Source: Planctomycetota bacterium (GTDB lineage Bacteria > Planctomycetota > UBA1135 > UBA2386). Taken from it: a stretch of 64,000 nt of DNA. Location: NCBI GenBank assembly GCA_965228735.1, contig OZ245838.1:2240001-2304000 (forward strand), given 5' to 3'. Made by a program: the position numbers and the translations under genes. Below, one piece after another: positions 48,811 to 55,790 of this stretch. Each line of letters opens with the position of its first letter. Within the stretch, counting starts at the first letter, position 1. Below the pieces are notes generated by a model. It did not search any database. It saw only the letters and a program-made list of their open reading frames with translations, and was not told the origin of the DNA.

Positions 48811-49409
48811 TCGGCGAGTTCGCGTTTGAACCAGGCCTTCGCCGTCGTCCACTTCCGACGCGCGGTCCGCGGCGCGAGCCCGAGGATCGCGGCCGCTTCT
48901 TCGACCGACTGCCCGAGGAAGTACCGCAGCTCGACGATGCGGGCGCCGTCCGGATCCCGGTCCTTGTACCGCTCGATCAGGTCGTCGAGTTCGATGACAT
49001 CGATCGCCGCCTCCTGCCACTGGCTCGCGAGCGCCGCGTCGAGCACCTCCGAGATCGCGACCGTCGCGCCTCTCGGCGAGCGCTTCTGCGCTGCCTTCGC
49101 GCGCGCGTGGTCCGTCAGGATCGTGCGCATCGCCGTCGCGGCGAGCGCCATGAAGTCGGCACGCTGACCGGATTCGACTCCCGACCCGCGGCACAGCTTC
49201 AGGAACGCCTCGTTCACGAGCGCCGTCGGCTGCAAGGTATGCGACGCGGCTTGCCGCGCCATCTCGCGGCGCGCGAGCGCATGCAACTCGGCATAGAGCA
49301 GCGGCAGGATTTCCTGCCAGGCCGTCTTGTCCCCTGCCCGCAGTCGCTGCAACGCCGCGTCCACTGCCGGGTCCGAACCGGACCCGTTCTCTACAGCCTT
49401 CTCCACCAT
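48807..49409 (-). CDS. ECF sigma factor, TIGR02999/ECF43-like
   Basis: LYAELHALA...HTLQPTALVNEAFLKL, MRTILTDHAR, IVELRYFLG, WTTAKAWF. Confidence 0.93.
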   Translation of the reverse strand: MVEKAVENGSGSDPAVDAALQRLRAGDKTAWQEILPLLYAELHALARREMARQAASHTLQPTALVNEAFLKLCRGSGVESGQRADFMALAATAMRTILTDHARAKAAQKRSPRGATVAISEVLDAALASQWQEAAIDVIELDDLIERYKDRDPDGARIVELRYFLGQSVEEAAAILGLAPRTARRKWTTAKAWFKRELAE

Positions 49410-49575
49410 AGGACGGGTAAAGGTAAGGAGATCCGCACTGCCAGTAAAGGGCGGAGACAGCCGCGCCAGCATCGTGGTCATCAACCGGGGGAACGGCAAA
49501 CGGCCGGCGGCCCGGCCAGAAATCTCGGGACGGAAGGGTCCGCCGCGCACCGACACGATCCCAGCCACCCCCCGT

Positions 49576-49611
49576 TTGACATTTTCGAAGTTTCAGTCGA
49601 TACTGAAAGTC
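49576..49611 (+). promoter_or_regulatory. Sigma70-type promoter overlapped by a palindromic operator
   Basis: TTGACA (49576-49581), 17 nt spacer, GATACT (49599-49604), ATG 7 nt later (leaderless). Inverted repeat TTTCAGT-cgat-ACTGAAA at 49591-49608. Confidence 0.8.
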
Positions 49612-50145
49612 ATGAAGCTAACCCCGGCGATGGAGCGGTTCGTCCAGCACTGGGGCGAGATGGGCCCGCGGTGGGGCGTGAACCGCAGCGTGGCCCAGAT
49701 CCACGCGCTGCTCTACCTCGCGGCAGATCCGCTGCCGGCCGAGGCGATCGCCGAGACCCTCGCGATCGCGCGGTCGAACGTGAGCATGAGCCTCAAGGAA
49801 CTCCAGGGGTGGGGCATCATCCGGATCGAGCGGATCCGCGGCGACCGGCGGGACCACTTCACGAGCGTGCAGGACGTCTGGGAGCTGTTCCGCGTCGTGC
49901 TGGACGAACGCAAGCGGCGGGAGGTCGACCCGACGATCGAGGTCCTGCGGGAATGCGCCGAGCTCGGCAAGCGCGGGCGCGGCCGGGCCGAGATCACGGC
50001 ACACGAACGCATCACGCACATGCTCGACTTCTTCGAGGTCGGAGCGGCGTGGTACCAGCACGTTCGGGTGCTGCCGGCGGCGATGCTCAAGACGTTTCTC
50101 AAGGCCGGCGCCCGCGTGCGCCGGTGGCTCGGGCGCGCCGGATGA
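49612..50145 (+). CDS. GbsR/MarR family transcriptional regulator
   Basis: FVQHWGEMGPRWGVNRSVAQIHALLY, ARSNVSMSLKELQGWG, ERKRREVDP. Confidence 0.92.
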   Translation: MKLTPAMERFVQHWGEMGPRWGVNRSVAQIHALLYLAADPLPAEAIAETLAIARSNVSMSLKELQGWGIIRIERIRGDRRDHFTSVQDVWELFRVVLDERKRREVDPTIEVLRECAELGKRGRGRAEITAHERITHMLDFFEVGAAWYQHVRVLPAAMLKTFLKAGARVRRWLGRAG

Positions 50146-50978
50146 CTCTTTCGGAGCTCACTCCTTCGTGGCTCTCGACTTCAATGATTTCTGAACTCCT
50201 AGAACTTCAAGAACCAACCCGGGACCCCGACCTGGTGTTGGGAATGCCGCGTTGGGCTTGGACCTGGGCCCTCGGCCTCGGCGTCGTCCTCGTCGCCAAG
50301 CTCGCGCTCGCCAGCGGCCGTGATCGGGTGACGCTGGCGTGGTGGCTGTGGCCCGGCATGGACGCGGACCGGTTCCACGCCCGGCCACCGACTCCCGTCA
50401 CCACCTCCGAAGTGGTGACCACGATCGTCGAGACGGTCCTCGGCGCGGCGCTGGTCTGGGGCGTCGTCCCCCACCTCACCCACCGTGACCTCGCGGCGTG
50501 GGTCGGCCTCATCGGTCTGGGCCTCGTGCTGCACTTCGGTGTCGCGCGGCTGCTGTCGATCCACTGGCGGCGGCGCGGCTACGAAGCGCGGCCGCTGTTC
50601 GACCGACCGCTCGCGTCGCGGTCGCTCGGCGAGTTCTGGGGGCGACGCTGGAACATCGGGTTCCGCGATGCCGCGGAGCGCTGGATCCATCGCCCGCTGC
50701 GGCGCCGCCTCGGCCCGCGCGGCGCGACCGCCGCCGTGTTCGCCGCCTCGGGCGTCGGCCACGACGCACTCCTCTCGCTGCCGGCGGGCGGTGGCTTCGG
50801 CCGCTGCACGCTCTACTTCGCGATCCAGCTCGTCGGGGTGCTCGGCGGGCACCGGTTGCGATCGCGGGTCGTCACGCTCGCGTTCGTGCTGCTGCCCCTA
50901 CCGCTGCTCTTCCACGGCCCGTTTCGCAACCGGGTCGTGTTGCCGTTCCTCGACGCCATCGGAGCCTCGACATGCTGA
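50142..50978 (+). CDS. Membrane-bound O-acyltransferase (MBOAT_2/wax-synthase-like)
   Basis: PLASRSLGEFWGRRWN and SGVGHD (catalytic His), multiple TMs. Start is either 50142 (ATGA overlap) or 50244. Confidence 0.85.
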   Translation: MTLSELTPSWLSTSMISELLELQEPTRDPDLVLGMPRWAWTWALGLGVVLVAKLALASGRDRVTLAWWLWPGMDADRFHARPPTPVTTSEVVTTIVETVLGAALVWGVVPHLTHRDLAAWVGLIGLGLVLHFGVARLLSIHWRRRGYEARPLFDRPLASRSLGEFWGRRWNIGFRDAAERWIHRPLRRRLGPRGATAAVFAASGVGHDALLSLPAGGGFGRCTLYFAIQLVGVLGGHRLRSRVVTLAFVLLPLPLLFHGPFRNRVVLPFLDAIGASTC

Positions 50979-51370
50979 ACCAACTCATCTTCGTGGCCGG
51001 CCTGCTGCACTTCGGCGTGCTCATCGCCTCGGCGCTCGTGCCGCAGGTCCTCGACTGGCGCGCCGATCTCCAGAAGGTCCAGCCGTTGACGCGCCGCCTC
51101 GTCTGGGTCTACGGCAGCTACATCGTCTACGTCATCATCGCGTTCGGCACGATCGCCGTGCTGCACGCCGACGAACTGACGGCGGGTTCGCCCCTCGGCC
51201 GCACGCTCAGCGCGGTGATCGCGCTGTTCTGGGGCGCGCGCACCCTGCTGCAGTACGGCGTCATCGCGCCGGGCGAGCTGCTCGATCGCTGGTACCTGCG
51301 GCTCGGCTACCACGGGCTGACGGCGACCTTCCTGTTCTTCACGACCGTGTTCACCTGTGCTGCGCTCTGA
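50972..51370 (+). CDS. Small 4-TM membrane protein
   Basis: MLNQLIFVAGLLHFG...PQVLDWRADL...FWGAR; GGAG RBS; overlaps the MBOAT stop. Confidence 0.8.
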   Translation: MLNQLIFVAGLLHFGVLIASALVPQVLDWRADLQKVQPLTRRLVWVYGSYIVYVIIAFGTIAVLHADELTAGSPLGRTLSAVIALFWGARTLLQYGVIAPGELLDRWYLRLGYHGLTATFLFFTTVFTCAAL

Positions 51371-51395
51371 TCCGAGCAACTCCACCGAGGGAACC

Positions 51396-51794
51396 ATGAT
51401 CTACCTGCTCCACGCCGGCGCCGCGATCCAGGTGTTCGTCGCGCTCCTCAACCTCGGCCTGCCGCGACTGCTCGGCTGGCGCCCGGCCCTCGCCGGTCTC
51501 CCACTGCTCGTGCGCGAGGTGTTCTACGTGCACGCGTTCTTCGTCTCGCTGACGCTGTTCGGTTTCGCCGCGCTCACGTTCGCGTTCGCGCCGGACATGG
51601 CGGTCGGAGACCGCCAGGCGAACGGCATCGCCGCGTTCATCGGCGTGTTCTGGGCGATCCGGGTCGTCGTACAGCTGCTGTTCTACAGTCGCGAGCACCA
51701 CCGGGGGAAAGCGCGCGAGACGGTGATCCACTGGGTGTTGCTCGCCGTGTACGGCGGAATGGCCGCGGTCTACGTGACCGCGGCCTGGAGTTGA
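51396..51794 (+). CDS. Small 4-TM membrane protein, paralog of the preceding gene
   Basis: PRLLGWRPAL...FWAIRVVVQ parallels the previous protein; same length (132 aa). Confidence 0.8.
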   Translation: MIYLLHAGAAIQVFVALLNLGLPRLLGWRPALAGLPLLVREVFYVHAFFVSLTLFGFAALTFAFAPDMAVGDRQANGIAAFIGVFWAIRVVVQLLFYSREHHRGKARETVIHWVLLAVYGGMAAVYVTAAWS

Positions 51795-51820
51795 CGGGAT
51801 GTCGAAGTGCAGTGCCCGGA

Positions 51821-52051
51821 TCAGAGGTTCAGCTCCTGCAGATTGATCGTCAGGCTCGTCCGGCCCGAGCGCCACCGCGTGCTGTTGACCTCGTCCCAAT
51901 CGGGATGACCGGCGGCCCAGAGGATGCCCATGGCCGTCAGGTCCTGAATGGCGAGGGGATCGGACGCGTTGGCCGCGTTGGTCGCGGTCCAGAACGAGCT
52001 GCCCGAGGCGGCGGCGGTGAAGGAGCGGGACAGGGTCTGGAGCGGGTTCAT
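51821..52051 (-). CDS. Small hypothetical protein (76 aa)
   Basis: AAGGA RBS upstream of ATG 52051; strongly biased codons. Confidence 0.6.
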   Translation of the reverse strand: MNPLQTLSRSFTAAASGSSFWTATNAANASDPLAIQDLTAMGILWAAGHPDWDEVNSTRWRSGRTSLTINLQELNL

Positions 52052-52247
52052 CGTGGGTTTCCTTGTGGTCTTGAGTGTCAGAGGTGCACGCCGAGCGACC
52101 TGCCCGGCGACGGCGAGCCCATGTCGACGCCCTGGACCGAGCTCCCTCGGAAGTCCTCGGGCGCGGCGTGCTCGCGACGACGATCGCCGTGGGGGCAACC
52201 GATGGCGACGCGTTGCACCGCTTCGGCAGCTGACCGAGTAGCTGCGG

Positions 52248-52895
52248 TCAGATGACGAACTCGACCGGCAGCCCGGGAACATCGACGACCGCGCCGGCGC
52301 CTTCACCGTCGTCGGCGGCGGCGCCGCGCAACACGACGCGCATCCGATGCCGCTTCGCTGCCAGGAGCCGAACACAACCGAGATCGGCCTGGTCCGGCAA
52401 CGCCGGCGGTTCGACACAGTCGACCTCGACCGCGGCGATCTCGTAGCGGCGTCCGCGATGCGTGAGCGGCTCGCGCCGCGCGACGTCCGGCCGCTGCCCC
52501 TCGATGTGGAACAGGCTCGGGTCGGTGGTCACGCCCGGCCGGTTCCACATCGGCAGCGTGAGACCAGCGGGAAAGAACGGCGCCTCGTAGTCCCAGACCG
52601 CGGGCCAGCTCAGCGGCGTCCGGAACGCGACCCCGAACGGGCACGCGCCGGTCTCCTCCCACGCCATGCGCTCGCGCAGGCCGGTCGGCCGCACCGCCGG
52701 CGCCGCGAGCTCGTCGTCGTCGACGGCCCAGAGCACTTCGAAGTAGGCGTTGGCGAAGAAGAAGCGGGCGTTCGCCGTGCCCTGGCCGGGATGCACGTTG
52801 CCCGAACCTTCGCAGAACCCGGCGGCGACGAGCGCGTCCACGTGCGCTCGCGGCGCCGGGACGCAGACGAAGACGTGGTCGAGCTCGGGCGCCAT
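52248..52895 (-). CDS. VOC/glyoxalase-like family protein
   Basis: ELDHVFVCV...HPGQGTANARFFFANAYFEVLW. Confidence 0.85.
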   Translation of the reverse strand: MAPELDHVFVCVPAPRAHVDALVAAGFCEGSGNVHPGQGTANARFFFANAYFEVLWAVDDDELAAPAVRPTGLRERMAWEETGACPFGVAFRTPLSWPAVWDYEAPFFPAGLTLPMWNRPGVTTDPSLFHIEGQRPDVARREPLTHRGRRYEIAAVEVDCVEPPALPDQADLGCVRLLAAKRHRMRVVLRGAAADDGEGAGAVVDVPGLPVEFVI

Positions 52896-52918
52896 CGACC
52901 GCGAATCGTATCGCGCCG

Positions 52919-54262
52919 TCAGCGCAGCGTCTGCGCGCGCAGCGCGACGATCGTGCCGGCCTTCGTGATCTCGACCAGCAGCTGGCTCGTCTGCGGCAGG
53001 TTCTCACCGTCGAAGTTCTGCAGCCCGCACGTGATGTCCGCCCCGACGGTGCCGCTCGTCGTGGCCGACACCGTCTTCTTGCCGGGCTCCAGCAGGAACT
53101 GCCCCTTCTGCTCCGCGCGGCAGCGCGCCAGCAGCACCGCCACCCCCGTCGCGAGCGCCGGGTGCGCCGCCGAGGTTGCCGGGCGAAACCAGCGCTCGTC
53201 GCGCAGCCACGCCTCGACGTGGCCGTGATCCGACCACTCGAACTCCGAGACCTGATCGCCGTGGATCCGCAGCACGCGGCGCCCCTCGGGCGTGGGCAGC
53301 AGCGCGAACCGGCTCTTCGGTGCCGGCCGCGCGAAGCCCGGCACGACCCACGTCCACTCGACCTGCTCCCCGAGGTTGGCCTCGCACCAGTCGCGAATCG
53401 CTTCCGCCGCGACGCCGGCCCTGGCGTCGATCCGCGCATTCCCGGGCCGGAACTCCTGCAGCTCGATCGTGCGGACGACGGCGCCGTTCTCGAACACGAC
53501 CTCTTTCACCCGGCCCGCGACCGGACTCCACCAGGTCTCGAACGCCTCGTCCTCTGCCGTGTGCTCGTAGCGGATGCGCGCGCACCGGAACGTGCCTGCC
53601 GGTACCACGACCTCCACCTCGGGAGCCTCGAGCGAGGCCTCGAGCTTGCGATCCCGTTGCTCGTGGAAGCCGAGCCCGACCGGGCCCTCGCCCACGCTGG
53701 CGCTGGCCTCGTAGCTCTGCGTGGTCGACCAACCGGTGCGAATCCCGAGGCGCAGGGGCAGGACGAGGAACGTCGCGTCGGGGTCGAACACCGGGTGCTC
53801 CGCCCCGGCGCTCGGCGCATACTCCACGAGGCCGTCCGGGTTGGTGCCGAGATGGCGGAACGTGGTGCGATGCTTGTCGAGCCCCATGAGTTCCAGGACC
53901 GGCGGGCCCTGCTCGGGGTGAACCCAACCGTTCGCGCACCAGCCTTCGGTCCACGTGGACGAGCCATCGCCCGTGCGCACCCGATACACCCACTCGCTGC
54001 CCGGCAAGAGCCCCCAGTGCGCAACGTTCTTCGGGTCCTGAGCATCGACCGGATCCTGCGGCGACGACGCCGCTCCTCCGAGGCCGCCTTGCTGGACCAC
54101 GGCAACGAGCGCGACGACCAGGATCGCCGCTGCCGCGACGAGCATGGGTCGGCGGCCGCCGGGCGCCGGCACGACCTCGTCGGCCGACTCGGAGAAGACG
54201 TCTTCGAGGGCGACTTCGAGCACGGCCTCGTCCCACGGGTTGGTTGTCTGATCAATCGTCAT
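52919..54262 (-). CDS. Membrane-anchored anti-sigma-like protein with periplasmic beta-rich domain
   Basis: Short cytoplasmic N-terminus, TM LVAAAAILVVALVAVV, GSEWVY and EVVVPAGTFRC...ETWWSPVAGRVK motifs; overlaps the ECF gene. Confidence 0.7.
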   Translation of the reverse strand: MTIDQTTNPWDEAVLEVALEDVFSESADEVVPAPGGRRPMLVAAAAILVVALVAVVQQGGLGGAASSPQDPVDAQDPKNVAHWGLLPGSEWVYRVRTGDGSSTWTEGWCANGWVHPEQGPPVLELMGLDKHRTTFRHLGTNPDGLVEYAPSAGAEHPVFDPDATFLVLPLRLGIRTGWSTTQSYEASASVGEGPVGLGFHEQRDRKLEASLEAPEVEVVVPAGTFRCARIRYEHTAEDEAFETWWSPVAGRVKEVVFENGAVVRTIELQEFRPGNARIDARAGVAAEAIRDWCEANLGEQVEWTWVVPGFARPAPKSRFALLPTPEGRRVLRIHGDQVSEFEWSDHGHVEAWLRDERWFRPATSAAHPALATGVAVLLARCRAEQKGQFLLEPGKKTVSATTSGTVGADITCGLQNFDGENLPQTSQLLVEITKAGTIVALRAQTLR

Positions 54263-54803
54263 CGCGTTCGTCCTTGATGGCCCGGTTCATGCGCTCGAGC
54301 ACGCTCTGCCGCGCGCGCCGCAGCAGCGCCTTCGCGCCCTGATCGCGGATCCCGAAGTGCTCCGCGACGGCCGCGCGGCTGCCGCCGTCCGCGTACCGCA
54401 GGCGAAGGGCGATCGCCTGGCGCCGCGGCATCTCGGCCAGCACGCGGCGCAGCACGGCGAGGTATTCGGGCCACGGTTCGGCGACCGCGAGCGGGTCCCG
54501 CTCACCGAGCGAGTCCAGCGCGTCGGGCGACAACACCGTGCGCGGCTGCGCGCGGCGGTCGGCCCGAAACAGGTTCAACGCCACGGAGCGCAACCAGCCG
54601 CGGATCGCTCCGGGGTCACGGATCGTCGCTCCGCGACGCAGCAGTCGGACATACGTCTCCTGCGTCAGATCCTCCGCGAGGTCGGCGCTGGCGCCGAGCA
54701 CGCGAAGGTACCGCACCACGCCATCGCGGTAGGCCAGCGCCGCGGCGTGTAAGCCCGCCCAATCGGCCGGCGCGGTGTCGGTGGATGTCTGCGAGGAGTC
54801 CAA
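54252..54803 (-). CDS. ECF sigma factor (canonical AED type)
   Basis: DLAEDLTQETY, GWLRSVALNLF, MPRRQAIALRLRY, KALLRRARQ. Start uncertain (TTG 54803 chosen). Confidence 0.85.
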   Translation of the reverse strand: MDSSQTSTDTAPADWAGLHAAALAYRDGVVRYLRVLGASADLAEDLTQETYVRLLRRGATIRDPGAIRGWLRSVALNLFRADRRAQPRTVLSPDALDSLGERDPLAVAEPWPEYLAVLRRVLAEMPRRQAIALRLRYADGGSRAAVAEHFGIRDQGAKALLRRARQSVLERMNRAIKDERDDD

Positions 54804-54897
54804 CGACGAAAGGAGACCCGGAAGCCCGAACCGGGGCCGCGGAAAACCGGGAAGCTCCGACGCCCTGCGCCCGGGCCGTCCGCGTATTCTGACCGCC

Positions 54898-55092
54898 GTG
54901 CGCGCAGCTGTGTGGGTTCGCGAAACCAACGACGGCGGCTGCGTCGATCGCTGGCTCGGCCCTGACGACCACGTCGAAGTCGCGCTGCACACACGCATCG
55001 ACGGACCACACGCCTGGCCGCGCGGCCAGACGTTCGACGCGGCGGACGTGCTCTGGGACTTCTTCGCGTCCCACCCGCGCGTCGCGCGTTGA
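54898..55092 (+). pseudogene. C-terminal fragment of a PHB-depolymerase/LpqC-like esterase
   Basis: EVALHTRIDGPHAWPRG...FDAADVLWDFFASHPR resembles the family C-terminus; no nucleophile region upstream. Confidence 0.55.
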
Positions 55093-55124
55093 GGCCCCAC
55101 GAACGTGATGCTTATGGTGCCGCC

Positions 55125-55778
55125 ATGGAGCCGCTGATCCTCAGCCCACAGACGATCGAAGAGTTCACACTGAGCGATGCCAGGCTGGTCGGGATTCGCT
55201 GGCAGACAACCGAGCCGCACGTGATGTTCGATCTCGTGCTCGGCGACGGCCAGTCCGCGACGCTCCGCTGCGCCTGGGCGGCGCCGTTCGAAGTCGATCT
55301 CACATGGCCCGAACGCCACGGTGGTGCCGCGCTCTCATGGCAATGCCACTGCGAACGACGCGGCGGGCGCTGGAACCTCGTGCTCGACCTCGGCAACCGC
55401 GGGTGCATCCAGGTGGAGTGCCAGGAAGCCCGCCTCGACCTTGCTGCATCACCAGGAGCCACGTCGCTACAAGAACCGGCCATCGACTCGTTCGCGGACT
55501 GCGAGATGATGTTCTACACCGACCGCATCCACGTGCCCTGCAGGCCGGACGCGTTCGACCGGGCGCTGCGACCGATTCGGGAGTCCGTTGGCGATCTGCC
55601 AGAGGGCGACTGGGGCGCGATCGAACTCATCGAATACCGGCGGATCCCGCAAGCGCCCGAGGCCCCACCGTCCGCGAAAGACCGGGTGGCCAGCACCCTG
55701 GTCTTCACAACCATCGTGGGCATCGGAGTGCTGGCCGTCATCGGCGGCTTCGCCGTCTGGGACTGGCTCAGGGGCTGA
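55125..55778 (+). CDS. Hypothetical protein with C-terminal TM helix
   Basis: 217 aa; N-half FTLSDARLVGIRW...GCIQVECQEARL, C-terminal hydrophobic helix. Confidence 0.55.
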   Translation: MEPLILSPQTIEEFTLSDARLVGIRWQTTEPHVMFDLVLGDGQSATLRCAWAAPFEVDLTWPERHGGAALSWQCHCERRGGRWNLVLDLGNRGCIQVECQEARLDLAASPGATSLQEPAIDSFADCEMMFYTDRIHVPCRPDAFDRALRPIRESVGDLPEGDWGAIELIEYRRIPQAPEAPPSAKDRVASTLVFTTIVGIGVLAVIGGFAVWDWLRG

Positions 55779-55790
55779 GCCCGATGACCG

